Part shown: piece by piece, positions 7,235 to 14,263 of the stretch | How the letters are laid out: the number at the start of each line of letters is the position of its first letter | Position numbering within the stretch: the first letter of the stretch is position 1 | Source of the DNA: a virus | Taxonomy: Duplodnaviria; Heunggongvirae; Uroviricota; Caudoviricetes | DNA: 15,711 bases | Virus record (IMG/VR): IMGVR_UViG_3300047476_001238 | Span: 1-15,711 of that record | Reading direction: 5' to 3' (one strand) | The notes under the pieces: generated by a model | The model's input: the letters and a program-made list of their open reading frames with translations, nothing else | What the model was told of the DNA's origin: nothing | Database searches by the model: none | Position numbers and translations under genes: made by a program

Positions 7235-8939
7235 GTTTGCTCTTTAGTATTTCTTCAATTTGCTGTTCAACTTGAGCTTGTTCAGCATCGCTCAAATCTT
7301 CAATTTCGTACTCGCCGGCTTCCAGCTTCTGGATTAAATGCTGTATGTAAGCTTGATTGTAAGTATAACTGTCCGTGGTTGTTTTGTCTACTTCAATCCA
7401 TTTTGTCCCGTTCCATTTGAACAATCGATCAGGCAAGTAATCGGTTCTTATAAACATATCGCCTTTCATGGGCGTGTCCGGGAATCGATCTCCAAATCCA
7501 CATTGACTGGCATTTTCCAAAGTATCGTTATCAGCTTGTATTGCCATGCTAGGATACAGTTTATTGAAGGCATCTAGATTGTAAACTTTGCCTTTGTATC
7601 TAACGGCATAATCATTGCCACGACGAATTGGTGTATTGAATTCGTCTGCAGGAGGTGGTGGCGTGTCTTCTAAATTTTGTGCCACTTCAACTGACTTTTC
7701 TTCCTCCACTGACGCTTCAATCTGTTCAACTTGATCTTCGGTTAACGGACCGTCGTCGGGTTCATAGTACTGTTCATCTATTACACGCTGTGCCCATGTT
7801 TCTTCATTTTCCAATACAGGAATGTCTAGATCTGGTTCTAGTTTAGGTATTTCTGCAATCACTGCATTTGCCTGGTCGGCACGTTGTTGCTCATCTAGCA
7901 CATCTGCTGCTTGTGCTGCAAATTGAGCTTGAGCAAAAAATTCTTCTTCAGAATTTATGGCACTGTCAGATGGCGACACATTTGCTACTGAATTGAGAGC
8001 AGCGATTTCTTGTTCAGTAAACGGTCTGGTTATCATTCCTTCTGGATCGGGATTAATAGACATGGCTGCTTGATCATCTAGAGCGGGATCATGTTGAGGT
8101 GGCGACTCTACCGTTGCTCCATCAGTCGCGGCAACTACCGGAGCAGTTTTTTCTTCCTCATCATGCACCCAACCACCAGTACCCGCTCTTGCCCATTCAA
8201 ACTGTTTGTTGGCAGCAAGAATTAGTGTTAAAGCAAGCGGATCAAAAACAACAACAATAAGAATAATAACCCAACGAACAGCCCGCTCAAGAACGTTTTG
8301 GTCAGGATTGTCCCCGTATATAAGAGCAGCAATATACTTGATAGGTCCGACTTCGGCCTCAATCTTTCTGGCTTCGGAAGCAAATGGTGCTCGTTCGGCT
8401 TGTAGTTGTTGTATCGCTTTTTGGCTCCGAGCAATTTCTGCGTTTAATGCGGCTCGTTCTCGAGCTTGATTTTTTCTAATTGCAACAGCTCGTTCGGCGC
8501 CACGCTCGTTGTCACTGCGTCCAAGCATTTGGTCAACTTGTGAATTCATTTGCTCAAGTGCTCGTTTGGCCTGTGCTATGTTGTCTCGTTCAGTAGCAAT
8601 CTTTTCATCATAGATGGCAACTTTAGATGTGGCATCTCCAGTGACTAGGCTTTGGTCTGAATGTGCTTTGGATAGGAAACCAAAGATACCCATGCTGGTC
8701 AGCAGCATCAGGAACACAATGGCCGGTACCAGGTAAGTTTTAAACACCCAGCCGGCTCGCTGCCAATTGTTGTGCAACCAAACTGTGGCCACAATCTTAC
8801 CAGCTTCCAGTGCGCCACCCATGATAATAACAGGAACAACTGCGGCACTGAAAATGGCAGTAAGGCCGGCTACCGAATACCAAGCGGCAATAGCTGAAAT
8901 GGTGATGGCAATTGCCATCATTAATGAACCAAATATCAT
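7227..8939 (-). CDS. Membrane protein, 570 aa: N-terminal TM helices, coiled coil, TM helix, long acidic linker, C-terminal GxxFP...GD.F...FKWNG.KW domain
   Basis: Hydrophobic segments in the first 90 aa and at WVIILIVVVFDPLALTLILAA; heptad-rich E/R/Q/A region; D/E/P-rich linker. Confidence 0.85.
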   Translation of the reverse strand: MIFGSLMMAIAITISAIAAWYSVAGLTAIFSAAVVPVIIMGGALEAGKIVATVWLHNNWQRAGWVFKTYLVPAIVFLMLLTSMGIFGFLSKAHSDQSLVTGDATSKVAIYDEKIATERDNIAQAKRALEQMNSQVDQMLGRSDNERGAERAVAIRKNQARERAALNAEIARSQKAIQQLQAERAPFASEARKIEAEVGPIKYIAALIYGDNPDQNVLERAVRWVIILIVVVFDPLALTLILAANKQFEWARAGTGGWVHDEEEKTAPVVAATDGATVESPPQHDPALDDQAAMSINPDPEGMITRPFTEQEIAALNSVANVSPSDSAINSEEEFFAQAQFAAQAADVLDEQQRADQANAVIAEIPKLEPDLDIPVLENEETWAQRVIDEQYYEPDDGPLTEDQVEQIEASVEEEKSVEVAQNLEDTPPPPADEFNTPIRRGNDYAVRYKGKVYNLDAFNKLYPSMAIQADNDTLENASQCGFGDRFPDTPMKGDMFIRTDYLPDRLFKWNGTKWIEVDKTTTDSYTYNQAYIQHLIQKLEAGEYEIEDLSDAEQAQVEQQIEEILKSKRV

Positions 8940-8945
8940 AGTCAG

Positions 8946-8953
8946 TATTTATA
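8946..8953 (-). promoter_or_regulatory. T4-type late promoter (TATAAATA) 6 nt before the ATG
   Basis: TATAAATA-ctgact-ATG; exact consensus, no SD. Confidence 0.65.
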
Positions 8954-8966
8954 GAATTGTATGGTC

Positions 8967-8995
8967 AGTATATTATACTATGAGAAGTCTGTCAA
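8967..8995 (-). promoter_or_regulatory. Sigma70-type promoter
   Basis: TTGACA-N17-TATACT on the minus strand in the intergenic region. Confidence 0.65.
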
Positions 8996-9005
8996 CTGTT
9001 TTGGT

Positions 9006-10655
9006 TTAATCTTCTGACCAAGTTAAGGCCACTGTTGCCTGTGACACAGAATTGGTGCTTCGGATGGCTACGCTGACCCAACTGCCCGGAGGGACTGTGA
9101 TACGATAAGCACTTAGATCGATGTTGACTGTGCCATTGATAGCGATCAAGCCGGTATAAATGGGAGTGTCAATGGTGGTGTCAAATGTGCCCGTATCTAT
9201 GGCATGTGTCTCATTGCAAAAGGGGATATTGAAATAGGTGTATGTGCTACTAAAACTTCTAGGTTCAAAAAACAAAAACACCTGTGAGGGGTCTGTACTT
9301 TGTACAGAAACACTCAGACTTTTAATAATGGCTTCTTTGGTATTGAGCACATAGTTGCCGTTGTTGGCACCGGCCAGTCCGTTGGTGACCACTGAGTTTT
9401 TAATGCTCATCATGTGGTGAGTCACATTCTGGGCAAGGCCGCTTTTTGATGTGGACCAAGAACGTGTTAATTCGTTTTGGAATATGGTACCTTCCACAGC
9501 ACCGTATATACTAGCACCTCGAACAGTGAGATTTGATGTGTTGGTAGTGTTTACAGCGGTATAAGCAATCTTGAAACTGGGGTTGTCTATGTGTGGTCTT
9601 GTATGCTGATTCACATAGTGTTCACGGTGGACATAGACTAAGGCTCCCGATGCTTGATCTTCTAGAGCAAAACTAATTGTTCCGGCTCCTAACCAACGCA
9701 TGGCAATTTGATACACATTCATTTTGGTAGGATCCAAGGTCATTCCACTGGGATTGGTAGTGATAGTATTACTACCATCCATACGGTCAATATTCCAATC
9801 TTCTTGATATGTCCAGTAGTCGGTTTGTGCTACACCCGCTTGTTTAACTGTGAATGTAGCGGTAGCATTACCTGTGCTGGTGAAACTGAATGTGCCGTTC
9901 ATGGGACCTAGACTAGGAGCCAACCATAACATGGCGCCATCCACTTGCTGAAACAACCAACCACCATAACCGCCCACACGATTAACAATTTGTACAGTTG
10001 CTTGATCAACAGTGCCTGCGGTCAAAGCAACTGTGTAAGGGACACCGTTTAAGGTGATAGTAGCAGTCTGACCGGCGTTAGGTGCCGTGGTCATAGTCAT
10101 TAACAAAATAGTGGCACGACCGCCGGTGCTTCGCACAATACCAAATCGATCTCCATTGTAGCCAAATTGCAATCTGTTTTCTTGATTTGCTAGGCCGGCA
10201 AACTGATTGCTACCGGCTACGCCTTGGGTAAACATGGCAGTGAATCTTGTCACAATGCCTTGCCCGGGACGATAACGCATAAATCGTTTGCTACGCAACA
10301 CACCATAGCCGCCTTGCGTGGTTCCTGAACTCACATGGAACATACCTGCAACTGAATTGGCTACCGATCCGGTACCATTGGTGTAAGTTTGTATAACATC
10401 TGTAGTAGTACCGTAAATGGCATCTAGTTGTATAACCGCTGTGGGCGAGATTGCTAAAGGTTCACCAAATGCCGATACCTGCCCGGCAATACTAGGTGCT
10501 GACAATTTTGCAGCAACACGAATTACCGGTTTGCCAGCAAGGTCATACTCCATGGCACGATGGAGATCTAGTAAGTTGGTTTCTTGAGGATGTTCGTAGT
10601 TGGTAGTGTTTAGTCTACGATCGCCGCGGCCTTTTGGGGGTGGTGTATATGACAT
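9006..10655 (-). CDS. Probable virion structural/tail-associated beta-rich protein, 549 aa
   Basis: T/G/S/N-rich, beta-strand pattern; motifs SAFGE, RYRPGQG, DPTKMNVYQI..WLGAG recalled from phage structural lectin-like proteins; lies in a putative late block. Confidence 0.6.
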   Translation of the reverse strand: MSYTPPPKGRGDRRLNTTNYEHPQETNLLDLHRAMEYDLAGKPVIRVAAKLSAPSIAGQVSAFGEPLAISPTAVIQLDAIYGTTTDVIQTYTNGTGSVANSVAGMFHVSSGTTQGGYGVLRSKRFMRYRPGQGIVTRFTAMFTQGVAGSNQFAGLANQENRLQFGYNGDRFGIVRSTGGRATILLMTMTTAPNAGQTATITLNGVPYTVALTAGTVDQATVQIVNRVGGYGGWLFQQVDGAMLWLAPSLGPMNGTFSFTSTGNATATFTVKQAGVAQTDYWTYQEDWNIDRMDGSNTITTNPSGMTLDPTKMNVYQIAMRWLGAGTISFALEDQASGALVYVHREHYVNQHTRPHIDNPSFKIAYTAVNTTNTSNLTVRGASIYGAVEGTIFQNELTRSWSTSKSGLAQNVTHHMMSIKNSVVTNGLAGANNGNYVLNTKEAIIKSLSVSVQSTDPSQVFLFFEPRSFSSTYTYFNIPFCNETHAIDTGTFDTTIDTPIYTGLIAINGTVNIDLSAYRITVPPGSWVSVAIRSTNSVSQATVALTWSED

Positions 10656-10658
10656 TGA

Positions 10659-10865
10659 TTATACCCAGGGGCGTCCTTCAACCAATCCGCCTGTGTTAGG
10701 ATTTTCATCAGGTGCAACATCATTACCATTATAAGGATTTGGTAATTGTGTTTTATCAAGTGTATAGCGTCGCCCATCTGATTGGCGCTTGGTTGCTGCT
10801 AATGCAAGTTTAGCATCTTGACGATCTTGTCTTGTTGGTAGTTGTGCGATTCCATTTGCTGACAT
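10659..10865 (-). CDS. Hypothetical protein, 68 aa (possibly virion-associated)
   Basis: Start moved to ATG 10865 (MSANGIAQ), preceded by AAGGA and 2 nt after the upstream stop. Confidence 0.7.
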   Translation of the reverse strand: MSANGIAQLPTRQDRQDAKLALAATKRQSDGRRYTLDKTQLPNPYNGNDVAPDENPNTGGLVEGRPWV

Positions 10866-10867
10866 AA

Positions 10868-11170
10868 TTATTTCCTTGCTTGCCAATCCGGGAACATGCT
10901 GACGCTGTCTGCTCTAATATCTGCAGGATTTTTACTGTAGTGTACGTCGTCACCTGCGGGAAATGCTGCACCCACTGGGGCAATAATAGTGTTTGGTTCA
11001 TTGGCGAATTCTGGATCTTCAACATCTAGGATTCCAGCCAAACGCTGCATGTCCATTAATTCTGCCTCGGGCTCTACTTGTATTGCTACGGCCACTGCAG
11101 GCGCCTGCTCGGGCTCTTCTGCACGGTCAATGACGTCTAATACGCCGCGGATAATATCAGTGATCTTCAT
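10868..11170 (-). CDS. Hypothetical acidic protein, 100 aa
   Basis: First gene after the early-island terminator; ACTAAATA 5 nt upstream of the ATG. Confidence 0.75.
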   Translation of the reverse strand: MKITDIIRGVLDVIDRAEEPEQAPAVAVAIQVEPEAELMDMQRLAGILDVEDPEFANEPNTIIAPVGAAFPAGDDVHYSKNPADIRADSVSMFPDWQARK

Positions 11171-11175
11171 AAGAG

Positions 11176-11183
11176 TATTTAGT
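11176..11183 (-). promoter_or_regulatory. Late-promoter-like motif (ACTAAATA) 5 nt before the ATG
   Basis: TAAATA core placed directly after a terminator and before an SD-less gene. Confidence 0.5.
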
Positions 11184-11184
11184 C

Positions 11185-11207
11185 AAAAAGAAGCCCGCAT
11201 AGCGGGC
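11185..11207 (-). terminator. Rho-independent terminator closing the small-gene island
   Basis: Minus strand GCCCGC-TAT-GCGGGC followed by TTCTTTTT. Confidence 0.85.
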
Positions 11208-11233
11208 AAAATACTTCTCAAGGAGCGCAGCCG

Positions 11234-11542
11234 TTATTGTATTACATAATTCTCAAGCTCAAAATAACTATTACCGCGGGCAACACTAGCCTCAATTGTT
11301 TGATCCCAATCGCCTGTAGCTTGATTTTCAAATCGTCGTTCCGCAGCATCTTCGATTAAGTCTACTAGAGTAAGCAGTCCTTCGGCATACAGTTCTTCAT
11401 CTTCTGATTCTGCTGTTTCTGCAAGTTCGCTGATATGTTCGCGCATGAAGTCAATTACCGCTTCCATTTGCAGAAGATCAAGATCGTTGATTGTAATACG
11501 ATCGCTAAGGATATCGTCTACAAGTTTTTCAGTAGCATCCAT
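11234..11542 (-). CDS. Hypothetical highly acidic protein, 102 aa
   Basis: D/E-rich helical ORF, TAATG-coupled. Confidence 0.75.
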   Translation of the reverse strand: MDATEKLVDDILSDRITINDLDLLQMEAVIDFMREHISELAETAESEDEELYAEGLLTLVDLIEDAAERRFENQATGDWDQTIEASVARGNSYFELENYVIQ

Positions 11543-11730
11543 TACAGTGCCTTAATGTAGTTGATAACTTCGTTGGCTTCCGGAAAGCCTGCATATTCTC
11601 GTGCCAGAACTGCATTTTCGATCATTTCCATTTGCATAACATGCAATTCTTCAAGTGTTTTATTAATAATCTGGCGCTTGCGGCTCATACTGTATTTTGC
11701 TGATTTGTAATACTGATTGCTGTAGTCCAT
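11542..11730 (-). CDS. Hypothetical protein, 62 aa
   Basis: SD AAGGAG upstream; coupled to the next gene. Confidence 0.75.
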   Translation of the reverse strand: MDYSNQYYKSAKYSMSRKRQIINKTLEELHVMQMEMIENAVLAREYAGFPEANEVINYIKAL

Positions 11731-11739
11731 ACTATCTCC

Positions 11740-11946
11740 TTAGTCTGGGGTTATACCCGGATCAATATCGCGTCCTTCAAAATGAGCTTGACTGACGCAA
11801 ACACGATTTTTCTTAAATTGATTAATACCCGACAGCTTGACTGCCATGCAGGCCTGTTTGGTTGCAAACGGACCTAGCTCAATTTTGTCTACAAATTTTC
11901 CGCTGGTAGTGTGCAACATAATAATTAGAATCCAGCCACCGGTCAT
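11740..11946 (-). CDS. Hypothetical protein, 68 aa, hydrophobic N-terminus and two Cys
   Basis: SD AGGAGG; WILIIML N-terminus; FATKQAC motif. Confidence 0.75.
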   Translation of the reverse strand: MTGGWILIIMLHTTSGKFVDKIELGPFATKQACMAVKLSGINQFKKNRVCVSQAHFEGRDIDPGITPD

Positions 11947-12095
11947 ACAGCCTCCTGCTTTCGATGTTTGGGATTGCGCTTGAACTCGCGCTTTTTGTTT
12001 TCAACTGTACGGCTCCGAAACGGTGAGCCAGATTCAAACAGCACACGATGCGCTCGGGTCTTTTGTTGGTACGGTATTTTCACTATCTTTTTCAT
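11943..12095 (-). CDS. Small basic protein, 50 aa, ArfA (alternative ribosome-rescue factor A)-like
   Basis: Below the ORF-track cutoff. MKKIVKIPYQQKTRAHRVLFESGSPFRSRTVENKKREFKRNPKHRKQEAV; fills the gap exactly (2 nt after the upstream stop, ATGA overlap downstream). The ORF is well supported; the ArfA call is motif resemblance only. Confidence 0.55.
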   Translation of the reverse strand: MKKIVKIPYQQKTRAHRVLFESGSPFRSRTVENKKREFKRNPKHRKQEAV

Positions 12096-12097
12096 GA

Positions 12098-12484
12098 TTA
12101 CATATTTACTGCTTGTTTGTTAATTGCAAAGCGATAAAACACTTCGCACTCCCGGATGAATGCACCAGTCACATCCATGCTCACAAAGTTATCGCCCTGC
12201 ATGCCTTGTTCACTGTAATTGATATCTTTAACTGCCTCGTCGCTAAAGCCCAAGGTCTGCATACACTCCCTGAATCCTTGCATCCATGCCCGGTCTGTGT
12301 AGATCAGGCCGTCGTTGTCAACATCCCATTCCGCAGGATCGAAGTAGGCACGAAGCTCACCAAAGTCACTTTCGTCATCAAGATAGGCAATACAAACACG
12401 ATCGATGGTCACGAACTTGGCAGCGGAGCTCCAGTAGCCTCGGCCATTGGTCTGAGTACGAAAATTAACTGTTTGATCAAACAT
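12098..12484 (-). CDS. Hypothetical protein, 128 aa
   Basis: SD AAGGA; no family recognised. Confidence 0.8.
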   Translation of the reverse strand: MFDQTVNFRTQTNGRGYWSSAAKFVTIDRVCIAYLDDESDFGELRAYFDPAEWDVDNDGLIYTDRAWMQGFRECMQTLGFSDEAVKDINYSEQGMQGDNFVSMDVTGAFIRECEVFYRFAINKQAVNM

Positions 12485-12683
12485 TTTGTGTCCTTTGCTT
12501 TAACAGTACAAACATATATTCTTCGGGATTTACTGGATTACCATAACTGTCGTGCGCTACCTTAGCATAACAATTAGAACAGTAGTAGCCCGAAATTCCG
12601 TGGTATCCACTTAAAAACCAACCCGACTGTTTACTAATAGTACCGCAGCATGCACAGGGCAGTTTTGCCTCAGACAACTTCAC
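12477..12683 (-). CDS. Small putative zinc-finger protein, 68 aa
   Basis: CACC ... CSNC pairs; GTGA overlap with the upstream stop. Confidence 0.65.
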   Translation of the reverse strand: MKLSEAKLPCACCGTISKQSGWFLSGYHGISGYYCSNCYAKVAHDSYGNPVNPEEYMFVLLKQRTQNV

Positions 12684-12910
12684 GCTGCTTCCAACTCTTT
12701 GATTTGTTGCATGATTTTGCGACGCTGCTCATCAATTCTAGCATTAGTGAATTCGTCGAAGCAACCTGCTTGCTCATCCAAACTAATTAGATCTTCGTAC
12801 AGGCAATCAATGAGTTGTTTATCAGTCATTGCTAGAGCATCCTCTTCACATTTTTCCCAAGTTTCTTTGACCCAAGTCTTCCACTCTGTTTCGGTCATTA
12901 TGGTAGCCAT
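12680..12910 (-). CDS. Hypothetical acidic helical protein, 76 aa
   Basis: Start moved to ATG 12910 (MATIMTE), 1 nt after the upstream stop, removing a 47-nt overlap. Confidence 0.7.
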   Translation of the reverse strand: MATIMTETEWKTWVKETWEKCEEDALAMTDKQLIDCLYEDLISLDEQAGCFDEFTNARIDEQRRKIMQQIKELEAA

Positions 12911-12911
12911 T

Positions 12912-13184
12912 TTATTGCTCTTTGTCCATAATATAAGTGAACAGAACGAACTTGGCACGGTTGAGCAGTTGGCGCTGATCTTCGATCACATTGAAGTCAG
13001 GCTGCTCGTATGCCATCATTTCTTGTGCATCCGACATCATTCCAGCCGCAACCATAGCAGGTCCGCTGAACTTGAAAGTGATGCTGGACTCAACTGCTTC
13101 GCGCATTTGGGCCACGGTGCAGCCGTACATACGAACTTCACGCTTTTCTTGCTCGGTAAGACGATCGTAAATTGCTGTAGTCAT
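12912..13184 (-). CDS. Hypothetical protein, 90 aa
   Basis: SD AAGGAG; first gene after the promoter at 13217-13247. Confidence 0.8.
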   Translation of the reverse strand: MTTAIYDRLTEQEKREVRMYGCTVAQMREAVESSITFKFSGPAMVAAGMMSDAQEMMAYEQPDFNVIEDQRQLLNRAKFVLFTYIMDKEQ

Positions 13185-13216
13185 TTTGTACGCTCCTTAT
13201 TAATTACTATACCGTT

Positions 13217-13247
13217 AGTATAGCAAAATGGGGAATTATGGTCTACC
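13217..13247 (-). promoter_or_regulatory. Sigma70-like early promoter (copy 2)
   Basis: GG-TAGACC-N17-TATACT with extended -10 TG; 25/33 nt identical to the copy at 13577-13607. Confidence 0.7.
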
Positions 13248-13265
13248 AAAATATTTGTTGCTAAT

Positions 13266-13346
13266 TTAGCAATGATGATTGTCATCGTTATAGGCAAAGT
13301 AAGCCCAAATAACTACAATTGCAAAAATAATAACAATCCAAATCAT
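13266..13346 (-). CDS. Single-TM micropeptide, 26 aa
   Basis: Not in ORF track. MIWIVIIFAIVVIWAYFAYNDDNHHC; ATGA overlap with the upstream stop. Confidence 0.5.
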   Translation of the reverse strand: MIWIVIIFAIVVIWAYFAYNDDNHHC

Positions 13347-13570
13347 AGCAATTTAATAACAAGTCCCACGGTATAGATTAGTAATAATGTTGCATTAATT
13401 GTAATGAGGCTCCACTCGCGCCATTTAATTGCAACAATGAGCCACAGCAGGGCACCAAAGTTGAGCAAGGCAGGGCCCAGCGGATAAAGGTTAACAGAAG
13501 TGCAAATGGCTCCAACAATTGTTATAAAAGTTGCAAGCCACTTGAGATAAAATGTGATGTCCTTTTTCAT
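13343..13570 (-). CDS. Small 3-TM membrane protein, 75 aa
   Basis: Three hydrophobic helices; ATG sits 6 nt after a -10 box, no SD. Confidence 0.8.
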   Translation of the reverse strand: MKKDITFYLKWLATFITIVGAICTSVNLYPLGPALLNFGALLWLIVAIKWREWSLITINATLLLIYTVGLVIKLL

Positions 13571-13576
13571 GCTCTT

Positions 13577-13607
13577 AGTATAGCAAAAAGGATCTTTATG
13601 AGCAACC
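13577..13607 (-). promoter_or_regulatory. Sigma70-like early promoter (copy 1)
   Basis: GG-TTGCTC-N17-TATACT with extended -10 TG. Confidence 0.7.
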
Positions 13608-13608
13608 G

Positions 13609-13833
13609 TTAATGAATTGTTAAGTCTTCGTTAAATTGTGCTAGATCAATGACACCCAAAATCTTCATTATCTTTTGAATATTTTTAGGTGGTTTGTCAG
13701 GAACGACTTCGGGGATAAACGCAAATTTTAAATTACCATCTGCGTCAAAGACAAATCCATAATCTTCTTCCCCGATTTCGTCTTCGATACTATACGCTAG
13801 TTCTTCTATTTCGATTTCGGCTCGTTTGGTCAT
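13609..13833 (-). CDS. Hypothetical acidic protein, 74 aa
   Basis: SD AGGAGG. Confidence 0.8.
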   Translation of the reverse strand: MTKRAEIEIEELAYSIEDEIGEEDYGFVFDADGNLKFAFIPEVVPDKPPKNIQKIMKILGVIDLAQFNEDLTIH

Positions 13834-13854
13834 CGTAGCCTCCTGTTCTAAAAG

Positions 13855-13862
13855 TATTTATG
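13855..13862 (-). promoter_or_regulatory. Possible late-promoter-like motif (CATAAATA)
   Basis: TAAATA core in a short intergenic gap upstream of an SD-led gene. Confidence 0.35.
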
Positions 13863-13864
13863 GA

Positions 13865-14248
13865 TTACTTGAACAGTATCAATGCCATTAAAACCGCTTG
13901 GATAACAAATCCCAATCCAATGGTCACAATATTAAGAAGATCCTTGAGAATAACTGCTCGTCCAAACAACAGTACAAGTCCCAACCACATGAACAGCACA
14001 ACATCCACGCTAGGAGTACTGTCTGTTAATCCAGTTAGTAATGCAAGCAGGGTAGGAACGGTGGCAGCATGTAATGCAATAGCTGCTAACCAACCCATGG
14101 TTTCTGCAGAGATTTTACTAAAGTGGGTAGAGAAAAACTCTACCACACTTTGTTTAACACGATCAAAATCTATTTTGCTTGACAAATCAGTTTTGTTTGA
14201 ATTTTCCATTTTAGATCTAAGTTTTGGTGTTGAAGTTAAAATTGGCAT
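13865..14248 (-). CDS. Small multi-TM membrane protein (PQ-loop/SemiSWEET-like pattern)
   Basis: Three hydrophobic helices, GWLAAIALHAATVPT resembling PQ-loop TM1; ATG 14248 has AGGA upstream (alternative start ATG 14209). Confidence 0.6.
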   Translation of the reverse strand: MPILTSTPKLRSKMENSNKTDLSSKIDFDRVKQSVVEFFSTHFSKISAETMGWLAAIALHAATVPTLLALLTGLTDSTPSVDVVLFMWLGLVLLFGRAVILKDLLNIVTIGLGFVIQAVLMALILFK

Positions 14249-14263
14249 CAATGAGTATCCTGC

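Noticed and set aside
8228-8434. Out-of-frame hydrophobic minus-strand ORF nested in the 570-aa gene (possible nested spanin-like gene)
   Set aside because: No lipobox Cys or SD; its hydrophobicity is a frame-shift shadow of the host gene's TM segment.
10810-11025. 71-aa minus-strand ORF overlapping two neighbours
   Set aside because: Fully overlaps the 100-aa and 68-aa genes in another frame, which already tile the region.
12011-12030. Hairpin inside the ArfA-like ORF as an RNase III non-stop-generating site
   Set aside because: Short, bulged stem lying mid-gene, upstream of the conserved basic motif; cleavage there would destroy rather than activate the product.
13258-13272. TTAGCA-containing dyad as a CIRCE heat-shock operator
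   Set aside because: CIRCE is TTAGCACTC-N9-GAGTGCTAA; arm sequence, orientation and spacing do not fit, and it is far from hsp20.
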